From contig JBNJNM010000013.1 in NCBI GenBank assembly GCA_052426225.1, positions 868,001 through 932,000 on the forward strand: DNA of 64,000 bases, written 5' to 3'. This DNA is from Zancudomyces culisetae HAW-14-8 (Eukaryota; Fungi; Kickxellomycota). The translations under genes were made by a program, and so were the position numbers. Each line of letters begins with the position of its first letter. The first letter of the stretch is position 1. Of this stretch, positions 1-11,399 are shown in pieces. The notes under the pieces are model-generated. The model worked only from the letters and a program-made list of their open reading frames with translations. It was not told the DNA's origin and ran no database searches.

Positions 1-553
1 TAGCGATGGAAAGGATTTGGATGAATACAAGTCTCATCTCAAAATAGAAAAAGGTAAGCATACCGTTTCCTAGTTTATATATCCAACACCACCATCACTT
101 GTAGAGTAGTGTGCGGTGCTCATTTTTTATTCAGAATACTAACACTAAACTCCCTTCTGAACAATAGAGAAACGGGAAAAACTGATGAGACAGGTGGAAT
201 CAAAGCCAGGACTCGGTATAGCTGGTATACCAGGCATCATTCCACAACCTATGGGTGTGCCAGGGCCGTACAACTATGCTGGCGTTGGAGGTCCAGTATT
301 GACTGCCAACCTTCCCAACAAAATCTTGTTTTTGCAGCAGATTCCTTCACAGGTTAACAAGCAGGAGCTCGAACATACCTTCAGAAGTATGTACGGATTT
401 GTTGAAGTTAGAACTGTTCCGGGAAAAAGCAGTATTGCCTTTGTGGAGTTTGAGGATGAAGGAAGCGCCATCGAAGCAAAGAATGTATTAGGAAATGAAT
501 GGAACCTGAAGGAAGGCCAGCCACCAGTCCTGATCACTTTTGCAAAGAGATGA
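1..553 (+). CDS. U1A/U2B'' snRNP RRM protein, 3' part (5' end outside window); exons <1..53 and 168..553
   Basis: C-terminal RRM PNKILFLQQIP...FVEVRTVPGKSSIAFVEF...ITFAKR is typical of U1A/U2B''/SNF. Intron 54..167 has a GTAAGC donor, CTAAC branch and ATAG acceptor and joins both exons in frame. Confidence 0.85.
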
Positions 554-771
554 TATCCAATATTTATGTCTTTTTTCCGCCCTTTCCTGTCTTTATTTTA
601 TTCCTGTAAAAATGCGACTATTGTTATTATCTATCATGCTCATATCCGTGTTAATAATATATCGATTGTTTATTGTATAGATTATAGTAAACACCTCAAA
701 ATTATAAATATTAAACACAAATAAATAATAAAACCAGAAAAAAAAAGACTAAAATGCTACTATAGGGAACA

Positions 772-3600
772 CTACCTCCACTCCCAGAACTTGGTGCTTA
801 CATACTTGGGATCAGAAACAACCTGTCCCTCGCAATAGTCAGCAACCACAGAAATGGTGTCTGCATTTTTGGTCTCAATTTCTTGAACAACCTTGTCCCA
901 CACGCGAAGGATACATGCAGTGTTGTTAAAGTAATATTTTGTAGTATTGTTTATAAGCGAATCGGTAAGGTCGTACAAATTGCGTGAGCCTTCAATCGGA
1001 ACAACGTTTGCTGGTCCAAAATCGTCTTCGGAACCATTGCTATCATACATTAATTTACTTTTCAGCTGGTCAACACTGACCTTTTTATATGGGTACGTTG
1101 ATGGATCAGATTCGTGCATCTTTGAAGCAGTTTCTAAAATAAACTTGACTTGTGATACTAATTCTTTTACTGCCATTTTTTCCACCTTGTAGTAAGAAAA
1201 CCTCTTACTTACAAACCATGAAATCAAAACAACTGGTGTCAAGAGCTTGAGGTTAGAGACTATCACGTTGATAAGCAAAAGTAATAGCAACCTTAACTGA
1301 CAAAATAGAGAGTATGTAGTGGTTTTGGATACCAGGTACAACTCAGATGACTCTTTCCCATCTGCATCTTCTGATTCCAGATTAACCACCTGGATATCGC
1401 TCTTTTCATCTGCTGAAATCTTATCCAAAGCAGCATCAAAAATTTTGTCCAAATCTGCACTTGTCATAAATAGTACGCTTCTAAGAACCTGCTTTATTTC
1501 TGCTTCTGACATTCCGTGGGTTGCTATCAACTCTGGGTCCTCAAGTTCTCCGCTATCTTGACTGCCATCAAACCCAAAGACTCTTGCTTTTACATACTTT
1601 TTCATCACACCCTCAACAATTTCAACCACGTCTTTAGGACTCTCCCTTATTAGTGTTGCCTTCTTGATTGTCAATGTTTTACTATTGATTTTATCAAGCT
1701 TAGTGTTTTTGATCTCGAGAATTTGCTCCTCAATGTTCAAGTCGCAGTCTTTGCTTCCTCGGTACCTTTTTAGCGTGCCCTCAATTATTCTTGCCACATC
1801 AGCAATTTTCTGTGCAGTGTGTTTATCGGGAACACATATTGGTGCAAATGGATATATGTTCGAGGCGTACCTTATCGGATATCTCACTACATATCCTTTA
1901 TTACATTTCAGCACGGGCTCCCCTGTGTAATTTTCCTTAGACTCTGTAAACACACGCACAAAATCACCGAGCTCGCTTATCAGCGGAACGCTTCTTGTGG
2001 ATTTTTTGGACAGGAGTGTGTCTTCGGGCTCTCCAAAAGCCTGGCGCGTAGGAATTGATGCACCTACTAGACAAGTACCATGTTTTGGACACCGTAATCC
2101 CTGTGGCTTGATAAATTTATCAATAGCATATCTCAAATATGCATTGGCCAATTCACCAATTTTTTCATACCCGTCTTCAATTTCTGGCAGCTGAATTTCC
2201 TTAACCGCTGCACTGTGGTTCGCATTTCTGTATCCAACAACAAATTGCTCGTTCTGTTTCCACGTTGCAAATACCACACCCACAGCGCTTATCAGAAGTA
2301 GGACTCTGAGTAGTATACATTTTAGCGATAGAGTTTCCTCCTTGGCGGCCAAGTTCTCAACTGTTTTTGGCACGTATGTTGGCTCAACAGCAATTCCCTC
2401 GTTACTTGCTTTGATTCGTTTGTTTTCTTCCTGTGTACGCCATTCTTCCATACCAAATTCGTCCGCAAACACTTGTGATAACCGCCTCTGCTTCCTTTGA
2501 ATTGCTTTAGAATATTCATCCCGTCGCTGATGGATCGAAGTTTCTTCTGCTTGTGATACGCCCCTTGGTCTTTGTACCTTGGCTTCTGGGGATGCTCCGC
2601 CTTCGCCACCGCTTATTCCGCTGTTCAACGTTGGGAATGAGTCTATGGTGATTCTGCGATTTTCTTTGGTACGAGACGTTACGCGTCTACGATCTTCGTC
2701 ACACCCCGCAAACAATCTGGTATACCCTTCTCCAAAGCTGGGTACAGCAGTGCTTTTTTGTGGTCGCGGAATAGGTGGATATGATGGAAATGCAGATTTA
2801 TCAACTGCTTTTTCTAGCACCACCTCGGGCTGCGATTCTGCTTTTGCCTCCAACTCCGTTTGCTGTTCTCCAGTTTGAGGCTTCTCTCCTACATCCACAT
2901 GCTCTTGTGGGACCGCTGCTTTGACAGCAGTTTCCTCCATGACAACATCTTGATGAATTTGCTCCACTTCCATCTCATTTGCTCCTCTTTCTAAACCTCC
3001 CTTAGACTTTCTATCCCGCTTCCTCTTCTTGGATTTCTTGGATGTCTCGGCTTCGCTGTATTTTGCCTCTGCCTCCTCAGTAGCAGTATCTGCGACTTTC
3101 TTCATGGAATCCGGGGATCTCATTTGATGGCTATCTTCATCATCCTTTTTAGTATCCTGGTGTTTTCTCTTTCTCTCTTTCTTTCCTATCTTTTTTGTGG
3201 GCGTCTCGGATTCCTCTTGCGTTTTAGCGACATCCCCGCTTTCCTGCTTCTTCTTCTTTTCGTGTGAATGAACTTTTTCATGACTCTTCTTTGTGGTCTA
3301 TTTGTGTATTTTTATATTCTATAGTTTTTAATCCCCTCTCTTTCAAAAAAAAAAATCATAATGATGGGTGTCGGTAATTTCCCACATTGTTACGATAAAT
3401 ATTGGTGAAATTAAACCCACCTTCTTTTTTGATCTCACGTTTTCCTCAAAAAGCTGTAGCAATTCATCCCTCTTTGCATTAGGGGGATAACGAACCTCGT
3501 GTTTGACTAGTATATTTCTGATTTCTGGAACTCTCAGAGCATCCATGTTGAAGTCCTCGCTCAAATACTCAGTCCCGCTTATATCAAAATTTACATTCAT
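772..3600 (-). CDS. Inner nuclear membrane Src1/Heh1/Man1-family protein; exons 3600..3421 and 3297..772
   Basis: N-terminal HeH/LEM-like motif (LRVPEIRNILVKHEVRYPPNAKRDELLQLF), basic NLS-like runs, two TM segments, lumenal Cys motif (CPKHGTC, CNKGY, CVPD), C-terminal FWEWR. Intron GTGGGT..ATAG (3420..3298) is frame-consistent. Confidence 0.85.
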
Positions 3601-3904
3601 GTTTTATTTCTACACTCTTGTCTTTTGGTGGTTAACTTATTGTATTATCTTATTTTTCCCCTTTTCTCTACTTGATTTTTTGGAAATCCTGTGTTACTCA
3701 AATCTCTATTAGCTTTTAGGCTCTATATTCGACTCACTCCAATGATACCACCCTCAACTATTAAGTATTTCTTTTTTTCCGAGCCGGCTATGCTGCTAAT
3801 GCTATTATAGTGGTGAAAACTTTGTTAATAATTATACTTGAAGTTACTGTACCCCATTTTCCCTTGAACATTTATGATATGAATGTTTGAAAATTAAATA
3901 GAAT

Positions 3905-4335
3905 TCACACAAACTTGGTACCTTTAAATATGACAATAAAGTTACAATAGCCTTCTTTTCTTTACGAGCAAGCTGCGCTCTTTGAAATTAGTTGATATAT
4001 TTGATGTTGCAAAAATGAATTTTGATATCTAGTAGTTTAAATTACAACCACAATACTCTTATATTTATATTTGCGTTTGTGTTTATATTTCTATTTATTA
4101 TTATTTGAACCTGGATTATTTTTCATTCAGTTGCGTTAACTTTTTGTTTACTCGAATTTTTTTCCAACGTCTGTTTAACTGATCAAGAAAAATTTTTCTT
4201 ACTTCAAAGGGTGATGCAGGCGGTATTAACCCAATACCACCTATGGTTGCCATTGCTACCCAAACTTCAAACCATGCATCATTTCTGTTTTTGGGCAATG
4301 CAGTATTATAGCATCATTCCCATTTCATCTTATTC
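3905..4335 (-). mobile_element. Possible decayed hAT-type transposase fragment
   Basis: Collinear broken fragments W-E-*-CYNTALP...AMATIGGIGLIPPASPFEVRKIFL and CNFIVIFKGTKFV resemble the hAT/DUF659 consensus as recalled (WFYDAGIPFN...GPGYKPPSYHELR; NFLVNCPKGTMFL). Contains stops and frameshifts; no TIRs found. Confidence 0.35.
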
Positions 4336-5397
4336 GCTGTAGCTCTTAAGTTTTGCATTTACTACTCTTTTTTTCCTTGCTTTGGATGCAGGAAAACAAA
4401 ATTGCCTAAACCTTATAACCACTATTTATTCGCTCGTTTTATTTGCGTATTTTTGGTTTCTGTACATTCATTCGCTAGACTGATTCAAGCTCTCTTGCTT
4501 GCTCTTGATTAAACAAGTTTGTTTGTTTGTTTTTTGTACAATAAGCCAATATACTTTCCTCCACACATTCAATAAAAAAAACAATATCTAAACTTTACTA
4601 CAGCTTTAAATTAAGAAAAATAAGCGTCGTGGAAATAGAAGATTAGGAAGCACATCCCAAGTTGCTATTTGCTCGAGTTGGATATCCAATTTTGAGGACG
4701 AGAGTTATGTAATATTGTTAATGGTCAAAGTAGGATAATAATGGATATGAAAATACTCTGATCCTTAACACTTGGTCCAGGTGTGTATCGTGTTTATCTA
4801 GCTTCCTATTCGGGATAGTTTTTTACATTGTAAATCGAGTATAGTTAAAGCAAGTTTACATCATTTACAGATCCGTAAATGTCGATTAATACGGCTAGAT
4901 CGACCAACTGATGGTGTGTTTTGCTAATAAAGCTATACCCACTCAAATCAACATGCCACAATATACTAGCTTTTTCTCCCACCCTGTTTAACAAAGTATC
5001 ATTATCTTTGAGTGTGGCATTTGACTTACATCCTTCCGGTCCGACCTTGTCACTCAAAATTGGTGCGAAACACATTGCTTTTACAATGTAAACAAGTCCT
5101 ACACTGAATCTGAATTCTAACCACAACAACGCGGTACTGCGTTAAAAAAGATCACCTGTTACCATCAACACCATAAACCTCCATATATCTATCCTCTCCA
5201 GTCTCTCTGGATAACAGATCCCCCCACCCCCCCGGATATACTTTTATTACATTTATTTTCGCAACATCGAAAACATTACATTTCGTCACAGAAAAAAAAA
5301 CCCTTTTACTCAAAAATACAAAGAAAAAGATACCATTACTTGTAAGAAGGAAACCGTCAAAAAAAGAACTAAAGAACAAAATGAAAAGGTGTCAAAA

Positions 5398-6057
5398 CTA
5401 GTCTTTTTGTTTTTTAACTATAGTATAAAATGCCAGCTCGATGAGTGAATATATATACGAAATGAACGAAAAAGAGCAAATAAAGTACACTGGCAGCAAA
5501 AAGAAGGTCCTTAGGCCATACGCTGGCCAAAACCCAAAAAATAAGGCTAATGAACCCAAGACCATACTTGTTGTCATTACTTTGACCTGTTTTCCGTGGT
5601 TTGCTTCCCAGTTTTGTAAGTTTAATCTTTTCTTTTGGAACAAATTCAAATACATTGAAAAATACATCCCGATTGCAAACATTGGCGCATAAAGAATAAA
5701 AGACAGGTAAATCATGGTGAAACTGAATCTAGGAGCACCATCCTCCCTTTTCCAGGCTCTGTCTACTTCGAAAAAGCTTGTAACAAAATTTGCACCAAAT
5801 AAGAATATGATATTCCTGAATGTACTCGTTATTACCACAAAGGTGACCGCGCCATCCCTACTCTTATTCATGCCTTGATTTGGCCTCCTTGCTGCACTTA
5901 ACTCGTTTGGATCCTTCATTGCTGTCGCTTTCAACCGTCGCTTAGGCTTTTCCAGCTTGATTATATCGGGATTTCTCATTTGTTCGAATTCCTGTGTCAT
6001 TTCTGAGGCTTTTGGTGATTTTTTTATTTTTTCAGACGCTATATATTGGCTTTGCAT
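5398..6057 (-). CDS. TMEM128-like multi-pass membrane protein
   Basis: First ATG at 6057. Four hydrophobic segments; the block NWE...TTSMVLGSLALFFGFWPAYGLRTFFLL resembles the TMEM128 C-terminal motif (ALWPVW..T..IL). Confidence 0.6.
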   Translation of the reverse strand: MQSQYIASEKIKKSPKASEMTQEFEQMRNPDIIKLEKPKRRLKATAMKDPNELSAARRPNQGMNKSRDGAVTFVVITSTFRNIIFLFGANFVTSFFEVDRAWKREDGAPRFSFTMIYLSFILYAPMFAIGMYFSMYLNLFQKKRLNLQNWEANHGKQVKVMTTSMVLGSLALFFGFWPAYGLRTFFLLPVYFICSFSFISYIYSLIELAFYTIVKKQKD

Positions 6058-6201
6058 AGATTTAAACAAAAGGGGGAAATAGAAAAACAGTATATGACTT
6101 GGTTTAAATCCGTTTGGGTTTTTTCCATCAGCTATAAATTTTATATACTCTTTCTTTAATAACGGTGTTTTTGGAGTTACTCAAAAAAAGAACGAAAAAC
6201 G

Positions 6202-6228
6202 AAAAAAAAAAAAAAAAAAAAAAAAAAA
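6202..6228. repeat. Poly(dA:dT) tract upstream of the TMEM128-like gene
   Basis: Run of about 27 A, roughly 145 bp upstream of the ATG. Confidence 0.85.
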
Positions 6229-6948
6229 CTTGGTAAAGTGCAATCTTACTTTGCTCCAAAGTACCTCCAGCTTTTCGAACCTGGTCCAGGCATAATCAAA
6301 CGAAAATAGCACATTGATCCTACTGCTCAAATTAAACAAGTGCGCTAAAATCCCAACTGCTGGAGCAAACCCTCCCCCGCCAGAAACTGGAAAATAAATA
6401 ATATCTTTTTAACGTGTTTGAGAGGATGAGACTAATAAGTGTAGTGAGAGTGAGCGGAGTGAGACGAATGAGAGGAGTGTATTTCATTTCTTGTACCACT
6501 AAAACTTGCGTTTCCAAAACCCGATTCTGGGGCTATTATTTTCAAAAGTAGATTGCCTTCCAGACAACTTTAATTGCGAGAAAAAGTGAAAGTGGTAAGG
6601 TAAACCGGAATAAACTGTACTCATTCGTCATGATACCTTTTTTCAACCACTTTAATTCTAAGGTGAAAGTGAAATACTAAAAGCTCAACTTTCAAAAAGC
6701 CATTTACAAGTTGGTTTATCCATATCTTTATCATTGTTTTCAGCAGTTTTCTAAAAAACCGAAAACCAGAAGGTATCTCATTTAAATTGCACCAAATACT
6801 ATCGGATGCATCTAGGCTCATGTGCTGGCAATATGAAAATATTTATTTTAATTCATATCTAAGTAGGTCATAAAAAAATGTATCAAAAAGTATACTAAGA
6901 GATCTGCAGAAAGCAAATGTATTACTTGTGGATAAACGTATAAGCAAA

Positions 6949-9719
6949 CTATTTATTTTGCGATCTAGACTTTGAAGGGTTGGTAGAAAACTGCGTATTA
7001 GAAGCACCAAGGCCAGGAATACCTCCAAGCACTGGTGGTCTTGAGGGTGGCCTACTCTGTTGCGTAGGTACCCTGGAGGAGGCGTCGCGGGCTTTTCGGT
7101 CGCTGTTTGGAAAGTCCTGCGTTGATCTCCCCACAGAGTCACTAGTTCTACCAGACCCACTAAGTCCTGGAGGATAGAAGCTGGAGTCACCACCTCTGTC
7201 CTGGCCTGGAAAATGATTTGTCGGTGATGGAGAAATTCTATTGTTGTACCCAACCTTATTGGGGGCAGCGCTGTAACCATAATTACCAGTCCTCTCCCCA
7301 CCTCGTGTAGTGTTTTTATTACTACCTTGAAAATTAGGAATATTCCTCAAAAAGCTATCAGTAGGACCCTTTGAAGAGCCTACAAGAGGAGGAGCTGGTT
7401 GAGACTGGGCAGATGGCATGTTTTTCTGACCATTTTGAAGAAAACTAAGCGGACTAACACCCTCACTGGTAGTGGTGGCATTTTGACCGCCAGCTGTGTG
7501 CCCTTGGGTCTTGTATGCAGAACAAGAGCCATGCATCAGTGAGGATGCGTTCATTGCGCCGGGTGGGAGAGGGGCGGGGATTCCAAACTCTGTACTTTCA
7601 AGCTCGTCTCCAGGCCGAGCTCTAGTCCAAAATTTGGTAGTATGGTCATTGCTTCCGGTCGCCAATAAGTGACCCAATGGGTGCCAAGTTACTGACCAGA
7701 CATAGGAATCGTGTGCATTTGGGATAGAATGCAAGTGATCTTTGTGGTTTGTGTCCCAAATCATCACAGCTCCATCTGAACCACCAGAAGCAAACAAGGT
7801 TTCGTACACAGGATGCCACTCAATCGTTGTAACCTCTTTAGGAATGCCTCGAAATGATTTCAGCTCATCCATTTTCCGTATATCATATATCCGGATACTG
7901 GAATCTCTGCCACCAGATAATAACCACCAGCCATTCTTGTTCCAGTTAAGGCCCAGAACTGTGTTATTATGACTGTGTATTGTGTTCAAACACTGTTTTG
8001 AACGCGGATCCCACAACTTGATCAAGTTGTCTTTTCCTCCGGATGCTATCAAACCCAGTTTACTGTGCCAATCCACACACTTCACATCCCATCCATGGCC
8101 TAAGTTTCATATAGAATATATAACCATTGTAGTATTGTTTTTATATATATTCCAAAAAAAAAAAGTCACTCGACGAGAGGATTTCTAACCAAATGTAAAC
8201 ACGTATAGTCTGCACTTACCTTGGAGTGCAGTTTCTTCCTGGCCCTCGTTGAAATCCCAGATTTTGATCGTTCTGTCGTCAGAGGCCGTTGCAAACTTTG
8301 TATCTGAAGGAGAAAAGCTATTTTTATGTTTGTAAATATACTTCAATTCAAGCCTTACTTTATTGTAAATATTTATATTTATTTTTTTTGAAAACAGAGC
8401 TACAGTCATAGGCTTATCTAAAAGTTAATGACAAGCATGCATTTGTAATATTTCTAGTTTTTCACACCTTATATCCCTGACTGATTCATTGTGTGCGTGT
8501 ATTACTTTAACGTTGTTCATGTTTGGTTGCCAGTACTTTATTATTCCCCCTTGATCTCCACTAACTAGCCAGTTAGTATCATGACTCCACTCCATCGCTC
8601 TTACTGCAGTGTCGTGTGCCTGCATGATCGTTTCAAAGTTAAACGTTGAGCCATTCCAAAGAGTAAATTCACCGCTTGACGAGCCTGTTAATAATCTTCT
8701 CCCCTCTGGCGTCCACTAATAAAGTGTATATCATTTTATAACATATTATCATTATTATTATAGAATCGATCTCCCTTTGCGAGATAATTGTATATATTTA
8801 TTATTAATCATGCAAATTCAGCAAAGGGGAGAAGGCAAAGTAGAATAATCAAATAGTCACCTTAATTACGTTCACAGGACACCTGATTTTATTTTGTGCT
8901 TGTTGTACAAACCTAGAAGTTACACCTAGAATACTGTTGTTTCTATTAAATGAGGGTAAAAGTACCTAAACCACAAAAAAAAAAGTATTAATACACCATA
9001 CAATGCTTGTTTACCAATGTATTTTTAGTTGATTAAAAAACAAGAACCAACATATTGTCAAAAAATGTATACTAAAAAAAGGGAAAGAGTAAAGTCAGAG
9101 AAACTTACATCTATCACATAGCTCGCGTCGGGTTTTATTAGATATTCTTTGTTCAGCCTTCGTTTTAATGTCATCTAGAGTAGTTTAAATATCTTTTGCT
9201 TGTTTGTACATAACTAACAAAAACTAGAAACATATTGTACTGAATACAAGAACGTACTCGTCGATAGGTTGTTCTAACCTTAATCGGCGCATAGTTGCTT
9301 GTTTTCTAGCAATATTGACAAGTATTTGTGGAAATATGTATAGATCGTTTACCTCAATCCCTCGAACGACTGATCCACAATAGTCAATAGTTCTTCTCTG
9401 CAGCGGTTTACGCATTCTTTTACCGTCAACATCTTCATCTGCATTCAAGTCTCCAAAAGGCCGTTTTACTCCTCCGCCTCCATCCTGTCTCTCGCTTACA
9501 TTTTGTCTATTAAAATCTATTTTTTTATTTTTTCAAATAGATATCACTTAAATACCCTTACAAAAAAAATACAGCTTTATTCACTTATTGCGAGCTCATT
9601 TTAGACTTACCTCTGTTTACAGTATTCCGCTCAAAATTAAAATGAGCACCATCTTGTCGAGCATTATACGAATCGTTCTGCCTGACAAACGTATTTTGCT
9701 GCATTGCCTGCCAATTCAT
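6949..9719 (-). CDS. PFS2: Polyadenylation factor PFS2/WDR33 (WD40), 7 exons
   Basis: [63 protein letters not shown]. Approximate exons 9719-9611, 9516-9353, 9174-9109, 8965-8861, 8715-8468, 8318-8220, 8100-6949, all joined by GT-AG introns. Low-complexity G/P/S/N tail. Confidence 0.93.
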
Positions 9720-10285
9720 GATTAACCAGGTATTTTATATAGTTAGTACAAGTTGTTGGTAAGAGAAATTATTTACAAATCGCACCCTTTATTAAAAATG
9801 TTTCCTGTCCGAATTCAGGGAATAAATACAAAAGTCAGATTGTTTCCTTAAAATAAACGCTTTAGAGCTGTATTTTTGTGTTGGATTGCCTGTAGTATCA
9901 AGGGCAATGAATCTGATATCCAATATCTTCAATTTTGTTTTCCTTAAAACAGCAATTCTGAATCTAAAACTGTTCCATTAATTTTTGTTAACACCTAATA
10001 GTGTCTTTTCGATATGTTGAATACGTTGATATTATAACCTTATTAAAGCTATATAAAACTTGTCTTGCTTTTGTGTTATATTGAATTAGGTATTTAATAA
10101 AGTAGTCTATAAAAAATATATTGCGGCTAAAAAGAAAAACAATACATTAATACATTTGAGTTGGAACATCAAAAAAAAAAGAAAAATTAAATCGTTCATT
10201 TGCCGATAATTTAAATTATAGTTTCTATAAGCTAGATTAGTTTTTTAAATGGAGCATTATTTATCAAATATAATACACTAACTTG

Positions 10286-11399
10286 ATGATTAAGCTAATT
10301 CGATTAGATCAAGGTACTCGAATCTGTCTAGGTACGCACTTTAACTTCAACACTTTCTTTATTAACTACTTACTAATACTTTATTTTTATTTGTATTAAT
10401 CTAACAATTCACTTGGAAAAAATAGTACAAATTCGACATTTCAACTTTTTGAAAAAAAGTGGCCCTAGTGCTGCCAACACTAGGGATGACCTGCCAACAA
10501 AAAATAAAAAGTCGAAAAAAGAAAATAATAGAATAATATCAAACGAAAAATGCGACTCTGCTCAAGCAAATTTGCTACCCGGAGAGCTGCTAGTAGGACA
10601 ACCCGATCTAGTAAGCAACATCAGACCGATACGATATTATACACCCATCGACGAAACAAATGCTGTAAGTTGACTATTCCAACATTTCTACACTGATTTA
10701 CTACTTATTTTTTTCTTTGGAAAGAAATGATAAAATATATATATACATATAAAAAGAGCATTTGATTAACTCAAGATGCATGATGCAGACTCACCCAATA
10801 ATTCATATCCTAACCTTGGTTTTACTTAGGAAAGATGTTATAGGCGATTAAGAGAGGATGCCTACACCTACAATCATAGCTTTTGGAAAGATAACAATAC
10901 CCTTTTTTTAACTGGACTGAATAAACTAGAAACCCAAGGTTAGATATTGCTTTACTAACTCCGTTATGAATAGTTACTCCAAGTATTAAATACCAACTTC
11001 AAGGTAATTAACTTTTTAAAACATTTCAATTATGTAGCAAGCAAGGAAGGGCGACAGGTAACAGAGGAGGAATTATCAGCTTACTACAAAGATTTTCTGG
11101 ATGGCTCATATATAAGGCATGCGCGATACAACTACGGATGGTGGAAGAGGAATTTTGCTATGCTTATTCCTGGTTGGCTAGCGCAGATTCACTCGCTGCA
11201 GCTATGGAAAAAGCGAACCAATGAGCACTTATCAAAGCTTGTAGTTCCAGACTATTTTGATTCCAATACTGAAACAGAAAAACGCACATTAGAAGAAAAA
11301 CCCCATTCTAGCGACGCCCTACCAAAGAAGACAAAAGATCGCATCGAAGAGGTCGGAACTATTGATAGAAGAAAAGAGAAAATAGATTCGTATTACTAA
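10286..11399 (+). CDS. COA8: COA8/APOPT1-family cytochrome c oxidase assembly factor; exons 10286-10331, 10426-10664, 10830-10938, 11038-11399
   Basis: Spliced product contains VGQPDLVSNIRPIRYY, YNHSFWKDNN, EELSAYYKDFLD and HARYNYGWWKRNF, characteristic of APOPT1/COA8. The three GT-AG introns join in frame. Basic presequence-like N-terminus. Confidence 0.85.

Noticed and set aside
4300-4330. In-frame TGA next to Cys as possible selenocysteine
   Set aside because: No selenoprotein fold or SECIS recognised; better explained as a nonsense mutation in a relic. No other gene here needs UGA recoding.
4845-5379. Short ORFs 4845..5129 and 5152..5379
   Set aside because: Non-ATG starts and no recognisable homology; cannot be supported as genes.
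9278-9306. 27-nt AG..GT-flanked microexon candidate in PFS2 intron 2
   Set aside because: Exons 2 and 3 already align to WDR33 without it, and the upstream intron would be only about 47 nt.
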